A stretch of 55,662 nucleotides of DNA from a virus (IMGVR_UViG_3300010150_000023:1-55662), one strand, 5' to 3'; numbered from the stretch's first letter, positions 8,352-21,000 are shown. Numbers and translations are program-made. Notes: generated by a model not told the origin, from the letters alone.

Positions 8352-10813
8352 TGGCAATTGATGGACGTAGTGGTAGACCCCAATTAGTTAAGGACCCAGG
8401 TCCTTATGAAGCAATAGTTGTATCACATCTAGATCCAAAAAAGATGGGAACACTATCAGTTGAACTATTAAAGAATAGTAGATCAGGTAACCAAACAGAA
8501 CGTAGTGGACAAATTGTACAAGTAAAGTATATGTCACCATTTGCTGGATCAACACCTATTAATGGCAACACAGCAAACGATGACTTTGCAGGAACACAAA
8601 AAAGTTACGGTATGTGGTTTGTTCCGCCAACACCAGGAACAAAAGTTCTTGTTGTATTTGCTGAAGGTAACCTAGCAAGAGGTTATTGGATTGGTTGTAT
8701 TCAAGATACATATATGAATTGGATGACGCCGGATCCTTGGAGCGGCACAACAGCAAACAATTATGATCCTAATTTAAAATTACCAGTAGGTGAATTTAAC
8801 AAACGTTTACAAACAGGTAAAGGTACAGATCCTAGTTTATATGAGAAGCCTGCAAATTTAGACTTCTATACTATACTTGGTAGACAAGGTCTGCTAAATG
8901 ACGATGTAAGAGGCCCTGCTAACAGTTCTAGTAGGCGTAATTTGCCCAGCAGTGTGTTTGGAATATCAACACCAGGGCCAAGAGATAAAAGAGACGGTGC
9001 TCCTAAAGCTACAGTAGGCTCTTCAGAAACAAGAACACAAAGATTTACAAGTACACTAGGCGGATCAAGTTTAGTATTTGATGACGGTGACGAACGTTAT
9101 GTAAGAAATAGTTTTGCTCAAAGCGATGCTCAACAATACACAGATTTAATTGGAGAAGAAAATCCAACATCTGGTCTTAAACAAGTTCCTAAAGGTGAAT
9201 GTGTACGTTTAAGAACTAGAACAGGTCACCAAATATTATTACATAATTCAGAAGACTTAATTTACATTGCTAATGCACAAGGTAGTTCTTGGATTGAAAT
9301 GACTGCTAATGGTAAGATTGATATCTATGCACAGGACAGTGTAAGTGTTAGAACACAAAACGATTTGAATATAAGTTCAGATAGAGATATAAATTTAGCC
9401 GCGGCAAGAGATATTAATATGAATGCCGGGCGTGACTATAAACTTACTGTATCAAATAACAGTGATGTTAAAGTTGGCGTTGATCATAAAATTGACGTTG
9501 GCTCAAATAATGATATCTATGTAGGTGCTGATCAAAAATTATATGTAGGTGCAACTAGAAATACAATAGTAACAGGCGCACATACTATTAGTAATAAAGC
9601 AACACTTGATATTAATACAACAGGTGATAGAAAAGATACACAAGCAAACTTAGATCTAAATACAGGCGGCTATAACTATCTTACAGCAGGTGGCAATACT
9701 GATATACTCAGTGGAGGCAATCATACAGAAACTGCCGCACAGATTCACATGAATGGCCCAGCGGCTACATCAGCGGCCACAGCAGGCACAGCGGCAACAG
9801 CAGTAGTTGCGGCACCAGCACTTTGGCCTGTTAGAGTTCCTGTACATGAGCCTTGGAATGCACATGAACATTTAGATCCATTAACATTTGTTCCTAGTTT
9901 TTCACAAGCAAGTGCTTCGCCAAGTCCTGCACTTAGAGAAACAACTCCGTTGGTTAATACAGATGCAGATGCTTCTGTTACTAATACAACAAATACGTCA
10001 GCGGCTAACCAAGGCGGGCCACAATCAGTAACTCCGGGTGTAGTTGGACCAATAGGAAATCAACCTGCTAATCCTGTACCAGTAACTGATTTACAAGAAT
10101 ACTTCTTAAGTGTAATGATAAAGAAAGCAGGACTAGATCCTGCTAATGCACTTAAAACAGCAGACGCTTCAAAACTTGCTCCAGGTGAAACACCAGGCAA
10201 TGCAGAAGCACTTGGTATGGCTATGGCACAGATACAAGCAGAGTGTAGTTTTAAACCTAGAAGTGAAAACTTAAATTATAGTGCTAGACGTTTACGTCAA
10301 GTATATCCAAGTCGTGTTAGAAGCGATGCGTTTGCACAAGAACTTGCGGCCGCAGGACCTGCCGCTATAGGTAATACGTTATATGGTAACAGATACGGCA
10401 ACGCACAAAATGAAGGTTACAAGTATCGTGGTAGAGGACTTATTCAGTTAACGTTTAAAGGCAATTACGAAACATACGGCAGAAAAGCCGGACATCCTGA
10501 AATTGTTGAAAACCCAGACTTAGTTAATGATCCGGAAATTGCAGTTGCAATAGCGTCTGCATATATTAATAGTAAATCAATAAGTTGGGATAGTTTCGAT
10601 TTTGGTACACTAGGAAACGAATTTAGAAAAGCAGTTGGTTATGCAAACCAAGGCGGTGCAGAAACTAACAAGCGTATTGGACTAGGTAAAGGTTTTGCAA
10701 GTAAAATGATAACTGGTGATCTTGTAACTAGAGATAGCATTACAACAGAGCCAGCAGGCACTAATATTGAAGCAGGAAAACGTGTAGAAACTCCAATATC
10801 AGGTCCACAATAA
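8351..10813 (+). CDS. gp5: gp5-like central spike: OB fold, beta-helix and C-terminal GH19 lysozyme/chitinase domain
   Basis: GMWFVPP.PGTKVLVVF OB fold, RTRTGHQ, beta-helix repeats ending IHMNG, Ala/Thr linker, GH19 motifs AQIQAE, ENLNYS, YRGRGLIQLT. Confidence 0.85.
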   Translation: MAIDGRSGRPQLVKDPGPYEAIVVSHLDPKKMGTLSVELLKNSRSGNQTERSGQIVQVKYMSPFAGSTPINGNTANDDFAGTQKSYGMWFVPPTPGTKVLVVFAEGNLARGYWIGCIQDTYMNWMTPDPWSGTTANNYDPNLKLPVGEFNKRLQTGKGTDPSLYEKPANLDFYTILGRQGLLNDDVRGPANSSSRRNLPSSVFGISTPGPRDKRDGAPKATVGSSETRTQRFTSTLGGSSLVFDDGDERYVRNSFAQSDAQQYTDLIGEENPTSGLKQVPKGECVRLRTRTGHQILLHNSEDLIYIANAQGSSWIEMTANGKIDIYAQDSVSVRTQNDLNISSDRDINLAAARDINMNAGRDYKLTVSNNSDVKVGVDHKIDVGSNNDIYVGADQKLYVGATRNTIVTGAHTISNKATLDINTTGDRKDTQANLDLNTGGYNYLTAGGNTDILSGGNHTETAAQIHMNGPAATSAATAGTAATAVVAAPALWPVRVPVHEPWNAHEHLDPLTFVPSFSQASASPSPALRETTPLVNTDADASVTNTTNTSAANQGGPQSVTPGVVGPIGNQPANPVPVTDLQEYFLSVMIKKAGLDPANALKTADASKLAPGETPGNAEALGMAMAQIQAECSFKPRSENLNYSARRLRQVYPSRVRSDAFAQELAAAGPAAIGNTLYGNRYGNAQNEGYKYRGRGLIQLTFKGNYETYGRKAGHPEIVENPDLVNDPEIAVAIASAYINSKSISWDSFDFGTLGNEFRKAVGYANQGGAETNKRIGLGKGFASKMITGDLVTRDSITTEPAGTNIEAGKRVETPISGPQ

Positions 10814-10818
10814 GTAGG

Positions 10819-10824
10819 TAAATA
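10819..10824 (+). promoter_or_regulatory. Late promoter box TAAATA, 5 nt before the gp25 ATG
   Basis: GG-TAAATA-TAGAC-ATG (ATG at 10830). Confidence 0.55.
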
Positions 10825-10829
10825 TAGAC

Positions 10830-11276
10830 ATGAGTACACAAGAGAAAAGACTGTATAAAGATGTTACAGTAAAGTCAAATAAAAGACCGCAACCGCAGGT
10901 ACAAAGTAGAGCCTATAGAGGTATTTCTACAACAAATCCTGAGAACACCAGTTTTAATCTTTACGATATTGCACTCATTAAACAGGATATCATAAACCAC
11001 TTTCACATTAGAGTAGGTGAAAGACTAGAGAATCCAGAATTTGGAACTATTATTTGGGATGTCATTTTTGAACCAATGACAGATGGCTTAAGAGATGCTA
11101 TCGCAAGTAATGTAACAGATATTATTAATTATGATCCGAGAGTAAGCGTCGAACAAGTTACAGTAGACACTTATGAAAGTGGTATTATGGTCGAGTGTAC
11201 ACTTACATACTTGCCTTACAATATTTCTGAAAGTATGCGTATGAAATTTGATGAAGATAACTCAATTTTATCATAG
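10830..11276 (+). CDS. gp25: gp25-like baseplate wedge subunit
   Basis: GERLENPEFGT...IFEP...YDPRV motif. Confidence 0.9.
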   Translation: MSTQEKRLYKDVTVKSNKRPQPQVQSRAYRGISTTNPENTSFNLYDIALIKQDIINHFHIRVGERLENPEFGTIIWDVIFEPMTDGLRDAIASNVTDIINYDPRVSVEQVTVDTYESGIMVECTLTYLPYNISESMRMKFDEDNSILS

Positions 11277-11304
11277 AATTAAATACGCACTTTACCGTTC
11301 TGAA

Positions 11305-11310
11305 TAAATA
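11305..11310 (+). promoter_or_regulatory. Late promoter box TAAATA for gp6 (second copy at 11280-11285)
   Basis: AATAAATAC in the intergenic gap, followed by AAGGA SD. Confidence 0.6.
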
Positions 11311-11335
11311 CTGTAACATATAAAGGAAGCAAAGT

Positions 11336-14300
11336 ATGTCAACAACCGACAGACAAAACAGACTATTACTAGCTGAAGATTGGAAGCGAGTATATCAGTC
11401 TTTTAGAAATGCAGATTTCCAAAGTTACGACTTTGATAACCTGCGCAGAACAATGATAAATTACCTCCGTCAGAACTATCCGGAGGATTTCAACGACTAC
11501 ATCGAATCAAGTGAATACTTGGCATTGATTGACCTTATTGCTTTCTTAGGTCAAAATATGTCTTTCCGTGTTGACCTTAATGCAAGAGAAAACTTTTTAG
11601 AATTAGCAGAACGTAGAGAGTCGGTACTACGTTTAGCTCGTTTACTTTCTTACAATCCAAAACGTAACCAATCAGCAAATGGTTTGTTAAAATTTGAAAC
11701 AATTAGTTCTACAGAAGAGCTATATGATTCAAACGGTACTAACTTATCTGGACAAACAGTTATTTGGAATGATGTTTCAAACCAAGACTGGTATGAGCAG
11801 TTTATTAAAGTAATGAATTCTGCACTACCTGCAAACAGTGTATTTGGTCGTCCTGTAAAAACTGATACTGTTAATGGTATTAGTGTTGAGCAGTATAGAG
11901 TTAATGGCGTAAACGTAGATATTCCTGTATTTGGATTTAGTAAAAACGTTGATGGTAAATCAACACAGTTTGAAATTACAAGTACTAATGTTGAAAGTGG
12001 TAACATTGTAGAAGAATCCCCACTACCAGGAAACAATTTTGCATTCCTTTACAGAGATGACGGCCAAGGTGCTGGATCAAACAACACAGGATTCTTTGCA
12101 CACTTTAGACAAGGACGTTTAGATCAAGGTAACTTCTCAATAGCAACTCCAAGTTCAAACCAAGTTGTTGCAATCGATGCTGTAGATGTTAACGACACAG
12201 ATGTTTGGTTGTACAAATTAGATGACATTGGTAATGAAAACGAGTTATGGTCAAAAGTTGATGCTGTAGAAGGTAACAACATTGTTTACAACAGTTTAAA
12301 TAAAAATATTAGAAACATTTATTCAGTATTAACTAGAGTTGAAGATAGAATTAGTTTAATATTCTCAGATGGTACATTTGGTGCATTACCAAAAGGTACA
12401 TTTAAAGTTTACTACCGTGTAAGTGATAACAGAACATTTGTTGTAAGTCCAGCAGAACTTATAAACATTACAATTACTATTCCTTACAGAAGTAAATTAG
12501 GAACATCAGAAAATCTTACAATAGGCTTAGAACTAAAATACCCTATTGAAAATTCAAGTACTTCAGAAACTAATGCAAGTATTAAAGCAAATGCCCCTGC
12601 AACATACTATACACAAAATAGAATGGTTACAGGCGAAGACTATAACGTTGCTCCATTAGGTGTAAGTCAAGAAATTATTAAAGTTAAGAGTGTAAACAGA
12701 ACAGCAAGTGGTATTAGTAGATATTATGATTTACTTGACGCTACTGGCAAATATAGTAAAACTAATTTGTACGGTAAAGACGGTATACTTTATACACAGA
12801 ACTTAACTAGCAAAGAAGTATTTTCTTTTACAACAAAAACAGACATTGAAGGTATTATTAAGAATCAAATAGAAGTTATTCTTAAAAATTATAAAATTAA
12901 AAACTTTTATTACTCACAGTTTGCAAAAATAATTGTAGAAGAATTAGGTGCAAGATGGAATCAAGTTTCGTCAGCAACTAATTTAACAACAGGTTACTTA
13001 ACAGACATTGATAGTACAAAATTAAGAGTAGGTTCATTTACAGGTTCTACGTTACAATATCTTGAACCAGGTAGTATGATAAAGTTTATTGCACCACCAG
13101 GCTATCACTTTATGTCAGATGGCTCTCATTCACTTATGGCAGGTAATGCAGATCATCCTAATGCAATAACTTACAAATGGACAAAAGTTATAAGTGTTAA
13201 CGGCCCAGGTGTTGACAATACAAATGACGGCTTAGGTGCTATTGTTCTTAACGATATTATTCCAGGTCCAATTAATGGCGATCTTTCAACTGCTCCTATT
13301 ATACAAGAAATTAAACCTGTGTTTACTACAGCAATCGAAAATCAAATTAAAACTCAAATTATTGATCAAGTGTTTACTTACAAAACGTTTGGTTTAAGAT
13401 TTGATTTTAAAACATCAACATGGCGTGTTATAGTAGAAGACGATCTTGATATCTTAAATGCATTTACTACAGGTAAAACAGGCGACATAACAGGACAAAA
13501 CTTAGACAGTAGTTGGTTATTGTTATTCCAAACAGACGGAGAAACATACACAATTACATATCGTGGACAGCGTTATGTGTTTGAAAGCGATAAAGAAATT
13601 AGATTCTATTACGACAATTCAGATAAAGTATATGATCCATTAACTAACGAAGTTGTAAAAGATAAAATTAGTTTAATGAGTATTAACACACAGCCAACTA
13701 GTACAGGATATGCACTTACTCCGTTTACAGTTCCTTTCAATTGGGAGATTGTAAATGAGTATAGAGATAAAGAAGGCTATGTAGATAGTAAAAAGATTGA
13801 AGTTGGATTTTATGACAGCGACGATGATGGTGTTGTAGATGATCCAGAAATTTTTGATAAGTTTATTACAACATCGTCCACAGGTAAATTTATATACCAA
13901 AAACAATATACTACAACTGATGCTGTAGAAGATTTTAGATATGTAAATGCTTCAGATGAAAAAATTACAGCAGTAGAAACAGAAACAGTTATTACAAATG
14001 CTGGCATTGAAAGTTACGCAACAGGTACAGTGTTTTATATTATAGATAAAAATATTTTTAAAATTTATAATACAACAACTGAAAAATTAGAGCTAACAGT
14101 AAACTTTAGAGCTTACACAGGTAGAGATGGAATCATATTCCAATATGAGCATTCAGCAGACGAAAGCAATAGAATAGATCCAAGTAGCTCTAACATTATT
14201 GACACTTATGTATTAACAAGATCATATGATACAACTTATAGACAATATGTTGCAGGCGCACTAGCAACAAAACCGTTGCCGCCAAGCAGTGATGTATTGT

Positions 14301-15016
14301 TTATTAACTTTGGTGAACAAATAAACAAAATTAAGTCAATTAGTGATGAAGTAATTTATCATCCAGTTAAGTACAAAGAGCTGTTTGGTATTGGAGCAAG
14401 CGACGACTTGAAAGCATCATTTAAAATTGTAAAAAATACAGATAAAGTTGTTAATGAAAATGAATTAAAAGCAGGCGTTATCACAGCAATTAATGAATTC
14501 TTTGCTATAGAAAACTGGGAGTTTGGAGATACATTTTATTTTACAGAGCTTAGTGCTTATGTAATGACACAACTTGCTCCGAACTTAGCGGCATTTGTTA
14601 TTGTTCCTACACAAGACTCACTTACTTTTGGTAGTTTGTTTGAAGTCAAGTCAGAAGCAGACGAAGTGTTTATAAGCAGTGCAACAGTTGATAACATTGA
14701 AGTTGTTACAACTCTTACAGCAACTAAATTAAAATCACAAGGTGCAATAGTTAGCACAACACAAGACGTAACTGCTAGTCAAGCAGTAGCATCAAGTATT
14801 GATAGTTTGAACTTAGGTAGTAGTTCAAGCAATGTAAGTTCGAATCAAAGCAGTTACTCACCTAGTTCAAGTAGCAGTAGCAGTAGCAGTAGCAGTAGTT
14901 CAAGTAGCAGTAGCTCAAGCAGTTCAAGTAGCAGTAGCTCAAGCAGTTCAAGCAGTTCAAGTAGCGGCTCAAGTAGCAGTGGTTCAGGTAGTAATAGCGG
15001 AGGATACGGTTACTAA
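11336..15016 (+). CDS. gp6: gp6-like baseplate wedge protein with a C-terminal poly-Ser tail
   Basis: DFDNLR...FNDYIESSE...ARENFLELAERRESVLRLA, FSDG.FG and QNRMVTGEDY motifs; follows gp25. Confidence 0.85.
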   Translation: MSTTDRQNRLLLAEDWKRVYQSFRNADFQSYDFDNLRRTMINYLRQNYPEDFNDYIESSEYLALIDLIAFLGQNMSFRVDLNARENFLELAERRESVLRLARLLSYNPKRNQSANGLLKFETISSTEELYDSNGTNLSGQTVIWNDVSNQDWYEQFIKVMNSALPANSVFGRPVKTDTVNGISVEQYRVNGVNVDIPVFGFSKNVDGKSTQFEITSTNVESGNIVEESPLPGNNFAFLYRDDGQGAGSNNTGFFAHFRQGRLDQGNFSIATPSSNQVVAIDAVDVNDTDVWLYKLDDIGNENELWSKVDAVEGNNIVYNSLNKNIRNIYSVLTRVEDRISLIFSDGTFGALPKGTFKVYYRVSDNRTFVVSPAELINITITIPYRSKLGTSENLTIGLELKYPIENSSTSETNASIKANAPATYYTQNRMVTGEDYNVAPLGVSQEIIKVKSVNRTASGISRYYDLLDATGKYSKTNLYGKDGILYTQNLTSKEVFSFTTKTDIEGIIKNQIEVILKNYKIKNFYYSQFAKIIVEELGARWNQVSSATNLTTGYLTDIDSTKLRVGSFTGSTLQYLEPGSMIKFIAPPGYHFMSDGSHSLMAGNADHPNAITYKWTKVISVNGPGVDNTNDGLGAIVLNDIIPGPINGDLSTAPIIQEIKPVFTTAIENQIKTQIIDQVFTYKTFGLRFDFKTSTWRVIVEDDLDILNAFTTGKTGDITGQNLDSSWLLLFQTDGETYTITYRGQRYVFESDKEIRFYYDNSDKVYDPLTNEVVKDKISLMSINTQPTSTGYALTPFTVPFNWEIVNEYRDKEGYVDSKKIEVGFYDSDDDGVVDDPEIFDKFITTSSTGKFIYQKQYTTTDAVEDFRYVNASDEKITAVETETVITNAGIESYATGTVFYIIDKNIFKIYNTTTEKLELTVNFRAYTGRDGIIFQYEHSADESNRIDPSSSNIIDTYVLTRSYDTTYRQYVAGALATKPLPPSSDVLFINFGEQINKIKSISDEVIYHPVKYKELFGIGASDDLKASFKIVKNTDKVVNENELKAGVITAINEFFAIENWEFGDTFYFTELSAYVMTQLAPNLAAFVIVPTQDSLTFGSLFEVKSEADEVFISSATVDNIEVVTTLTATKLKSQGAIVSTTQDVTASQAVASSIDSLNLGSSSSNVSSNQSSYSPSSSSSSSSSSSSSSSSSSSSSSSSSSSSSSSSSSGSSSSGSGSNSGGYGY
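14815..14999 (+). repeat. Ser-coding low-complexity repeat (AGT/AGC/TCA) with a 24-nt tandem duplication
   Basis: AGTAGC runs; AGTTCAAGTAGCAGTAGCTCAAGC twice at 14897-14944. Confidence 0.9.
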
Positions 15017-18000
15017 TGGCGTATGAAAATAACCAATCAGATTTTCCATTACCAGTAGGCGGTAATGAAGGAAGTCGTAAAAGTGAAAACTTACTTCCTA
15101 AGTACTTTAGAACTGATGCTAACAGTAAATTTTTACAAGCAACATTAGATCAATTAGTACAGCCAGGCGTTGCAGAAAAACTCAACGGTTACTATGGTAG
15201 ACAAATATCTAAAGCATACAATGCTGACGATAATTATGTAGGCGATATATCTACACAAAGAGAAAATTATCAGTTTGAACCTGTAACACTTATAAAAGAT
15301 GAACTAGACAATGTTACATTTTATAAAGACTATAATGACTATCTAAATCAAATTAAAAGTTTTGGTGGCAACACAGAAAATCAAGAAGTATTAAATTCAC
15401 AAGAATATTATGCATGGCAACCACACATTGACTGGGATAAGTTTAGTAACTTCCGTGAATACTATTGGCTACCATATGGTCCACAAACTGTAAGACTTGC
15501 AGGACAAGAACGTGGCGTAGAAAGTACTGTTGAAGTATCATTATTTAATAATGTAGACAACGTTGCATACAAGTTTTCATCAGATGACTTAGTAAACAAT
15601 CCAACACTTATTTTATACAAAGGCCAAACATATACATTTGACATTGATACAATTGGTACACCAATTACATTTAAAACAAAAAGAACTTTAGAATCTAGTT
15701 TTAATTATAACGATGGCGTTAGTGCTCAGGGTGTTGAAAAAGGTACAGTAACATTTGAAGTAGATGTTAATGCACCTGAAGTATTATACTATGTTGCAGA
15801 AAATGATATTAACAATAGTGGCCTAATACAAATTAAAGACATAGATGAGAATACAGACATCGATGTTGAAAAAGAAATACTAGGTAAAAAGAAATATAAA
15901 AGTTCAAATGGCGTACAACTATCAACAGGCATGAAAGTATCTTTTGCAGGATTTGTTACTCCTGAAAAATATGCAACAGGCGATTGGTATGTTGAAGGTG
16001 TAGGTAATAATATTAAATTAGTACCTGAAAGCGAACTTTCAATTCCAGGTTCATACTCAGACAATAGAGAAGTTGCGTTTGATACAAATGCATTTGATAG
16101 ATTGCCATTTGCTAATGCTAATGGATATCCTGCTACAAAAGACTATATTATAGTTAATCGTAGTAGTAATGATAGAAACATGTGGAGTAGATATAATAGA
16201 TGGTTCCACAAAAATGTAATTGAAGAGTCTGCTAGAATAAATGGGCAAGAGATCAATATTGATCAAAATGCAAGAGCAACAAGACCTATTATTGAATTTA
16301 ATGCAAACTTAAAATTATTTAACTTTGGTACTTCAACTAAAAGTAATGTAAACGTTATTGATACATTTACAAAAGATATATTTTCAACAGTTGAAGGCGC
16401 AGTAGGTTATAATATAGACGGCGTTGATCTTGTAGAAGGTATGCGTGTATTATTTACTGCTGAAGAAGATATTCGTGAAAACGGCAAAATATTTAAAGTT
16501 AAATTTATTACACAAAAAGGTCGTAGACAAATTAGTTTAATTGAAGAACCTGATACTACTCCTTTAGAAAACGAAACTGTATTAGCTCTTGATGGACTAG
16601 AATACAAAGGTCGTATGTTTTATTACAACGGCAACACATGGAATTTAACACAAGAAAAAACTAAAGTAAATCAACCACCATTGTTTGATTTGTTTGATGC
16701 AAACGGTAATAGTTATGGCGATGCTAGTGCATATCCTAATACTACGTTTACAGGTAATAAAGTTTTTAGTTATCGTGAATCTACAGGAAATAATGATTCA
16801 CAACTAGGATTTCCTATTACATATAGAAGTATTGAAAACATTGGTGATATAGTTTTTGATTTTAATTTACTTAATAGTGAGTTTACATATACTGATACAA
16901 CATTTGAAACAATAACAACATCAACTGATATTTGTACGTTACAGCAGTATACAACAAGATCAGACTACACTAGTGTTAACGGTTGGATAAAAGCAAACGT
17001 ACAAAGCACACAAAGAGTTTTACGCCAGTATGTAGCAAATAATAATCAAACTAGTTTTGTAGTTGATGTATTTGATAACAGTTCGTCATTAGACGACTTA
17101 GATATTAAGGTTACAGTAAACAATAATTTAAAATTTGAAACTATAGACTATGTATTTGATAAAACTGATACAAATGTAATTGTTAGATTCAATACAGCAC
17201 TTTTAAAAGATGACGTAGTTGTTTTTAGATGTCGTTCAAGTGCTACTAAAAATGCAAACGGTATATATGAATTACCAATTAACTTAGAACGTAACCCGCT
17301 TAACAATGATATTACAACATTTACACTAGGTGAAGTTAACGATCACGTAACAAGTATTGTACAAGAAGTAAATGACTTCTTTGGTATACATCCTGGACCA
17401 GGAAATTTAAGAGACATTGGAAACTTATCTACGTTTGGTAGAAAGTTTGTACAACATAGTGGACCAACAAACCTTGCACTATATCATATTACAGATAAAA
17501 GTGCAAACATCATTAAAGCAATTGACTTTAACAGACGTGAATATGCTAAGTTTAAAAGATTGTTTATTCAAACAGCATTAGGTTTAGGATTTGACGGAAC
17601 ACCTAAAGCACACGTTGATTTAATATTTGCAGAACTTAATAAAAACAAAACAAGTAACTTACCGTTTTACTTTAGTGATATGGTACCTACAGGTGGTGCA
17701 AGAACAATTACTTACGATGCAATACCGGGTAACATATATTATGCACTAAATGAAATATATGATATATCTGTACCAAGTGTAAAAGCAGTTACAGTATACT
17801 TAGATGATATACAATTAGTATTTGGTCAAGACTATACCTTTAACACAGACGGCTTTTGTGAAATTACAAAAGAACTTACTGCTGGTCAAGTAATTACAAT
17901 TAACGAATATGAAACTACTGACGGATCATATGTTCCGCCAACACCAACTAAGTTAGGTTTGTATCCAAAGTTTGCTCCTATTAAGTTTATTGACAATTCG

Positions 18001-21000
18001 TATACTGAGCCAACAGAAGTAATTCAAGGACATGATGGATCTATAACAAAAGCATATGGCGATTTTAGAGATGACTTAATACTTGAATTTGAAAAAAGAA
18101 TTTATAATAATATTAGAACTAATTATAATTCAGATATTATTGACATACATGATTTTATTCCAGGAACATATAGAAATACAACTGTAACTAAAGAAAATAT
18201 TGATAATGTGATGCTTAAAGATTTTGCATCTTGGTTAACAAACATTGATGATGTTGACTATACAGCATTTGACTTTTATAACAGAGGTAATACGTTCTCA
18301 TATAACTATAGCTCAATGCAGTCTCCATTAGATACAGCATTACCAGGTTATTGGAGAGGAGTATACAAACAAGCATACGATACTGATCGTCCACATACTC
18401 ATCCATGGGAAATGCTAGGACTAACAAATATGCCAGACTGGTGGGAAACAGTGTATGGTCCTGCTCCGTATACAAGTAATAACTTGTTGTTATGGGAAGA
18501 TTTAGAAAAAGGTATTCTTGCAAAGCCGGGCGTAAATAAAGTTGTACTAGAAAAATATAAAAGACCTGGACTTACAACACATATACCTGTAAATGATTTA
18601 GGTCAACTACTAAGTCCATTAGATTCAGGCTATGCTAAAAATTATGTAAATGGTTTAACAAGAGCTTCGTTTGTATTTGGCGACGAAGCACCAGTAGAAA
18701 CTGCGTGGCGCAGAAGTTCAGAATATGCTTTCTCATTATTTAAAGCATGGATGTTAAATCAACCTACAAAAATTATTGGACTAGGTTTTGATAGACTAAG
18801 AACTGTAAGAGATAACTCAAATCAAATTGTATACTCTACAACTAGTAAGCGTTTACGTTTAGTAGATTTAGTATTTCCAAATAATAGTACAACAGGTTCA
18901 GATTCAATAAGAGTCTTTACTTCAGGCTTTGTAAACTTTATTGCAAACTATCTTGCAAGTAATGTTGTTTCTAATTACGACACATATCAAAATAATATTG
19001 CAAATATTACAAACCAAGTTGCATTTAAAGTAGGCGGATTTACAGACAAGAGTAAATTTAATTTATTACTTGACAGTAGAACTCCTTTAAACCAAGGCAA
19101 TGTTTTTGTTCCAGAAGAAAACTATCAAGTTACACTACAAACAAGTAGCCCAATTGATGTTGTTACTTACAGTGGTGTTGTAATTGAGAAAGCAACAGCA
19201 GGTTATATTATTAGAGGATATGATTCTTCTAACCCAAGTTTTAAATATTACAACTATGTGCCTAATCAAAATGATCCGTTAGTAAATGTTGGCGGTGTAA
19301 GTGATTCGTTTATTGAATGGGATTCGGATCAGCGTTATGTTGCAGACGGAGTTGTAAAGTATCAAGAAACATTTTATAGAGTTACTGTAGGACACACTAG
19401 TACTGCAATTTTTGATCAATCAAAATTTGTTAAACTTCCAGACTTACCAGTTGTAGGAGGACGTTCTGCACAGTTTAGAACAAGATTTGATTCTAGATTT
19501 ATAAAACAATTACCATATGGCACATTATTAAGAACAACACAAGAAGTTGTTGACTTTTTGTTAGGTTATGGGGACTATTTACAAAATGCAGGATTTGTAT
19601 TTGATAATTTTAATCCTACTTTAGAAGCAGTTGAAAATTGGAAACTAAGTGCAAAAGAATTTATGTTCTGGACATTACAGAACTGGGACTCAGGAAGTTT
19701 AATTACTGTAAGTCCTTCAGCACAACGCATTGAGTTTTCAACATCTTATGCAGTAGTAGATGATATATTTGATCCATTTTATGAATATGGTTTAGTATCT
19801 GCAAATGGTACAAAATTAAGAAAAGAATTTGTAAATATTTTAAGAACAAATGAAAATACTTTTTCACTTACAGTTAAAAATACAGCAGATGGAATATATG
19901 CTTTAAAACTTCCGTTAGTACAAAAAGAACATGTTATTGTACTTGATAACGAAACTGTGTTTAAAGATATTATTTACGATCAAGAAGCAGGATATAGACA
20001 AGAACGTATTCGTGTACTAGGTTATAGAACTGCTGATTGGGCAGGTGGCTTAAACATTCCAGGCTTTATATATGATGATGCTATTGTTACAACTTGGCAA
20101 CAATGGAAAGACTATGCAATCGGCGATGCTGTTAAGTATAAAGAATTTTATTATGCGGCTATTACAAAAGTTTCAGGATCAGAATTATTTGTTGATAACC
20201 AATGGTACAGACTAGAAGAAAAACCTCAGAGTAAATTACTTACTAACCTTGAATATAAAACAAATCAGTTTGGTGACTTTTATGATCTTGATACAGACAA
20301 CTTTGATGTTAACCAACAAGAAATTGCACAGCATTTAATTGGTTATCAAAAGCGTGAATACTTGGCAAACATTATTAATGATGATGTAAGTCAATATAAA
20401 TTCTATCAAGGAATGATTGCAGACAAAGGAACTAAAAATGTTCTTACAAAATTGTTTGATGCATTAAGTAGTGCAGATAAAGAAAGTTTAGAGTTTTATG
20501 AAGAATGGGCTGTTAGGTCAGGACAATATGGTGCCAGTGACGGCTTTGAAGAATTAGAATTTTTACTAGACGAAGAACAGTTTCAACTAAGCCCACAGCC
20601 AATACTATTAACAGAAACAATACCAGATGACGTATCAGATTTAATTTATCGTCAACTACCAGGAAGCGTATTTGTAGCACCTAATAATTATGCACATAAA
20701 CCGTTCCCAGTAAAATATGTAAATGATCCAGCATTAAAGACTGCTGGTTATGTAAGAGAAGAAGACGTAAACTATATTGTAAAATCATTTGATGATATAT
20801 TAAATATTGATCATAATGCTATACAACAAGGACAGTATGTTTGGGTAACATTTGATAAAAATGATTGGAATGTATACAAGTACACAGATACACCTTGTAC
20901 TATTACAAGTGCATTACCAGTAGACAATGATGCTGTTTTAGTTTTAGATAGACTAACAACATTAAAAGTAGATGACATTGTAGGATTGTATGATGTTACT

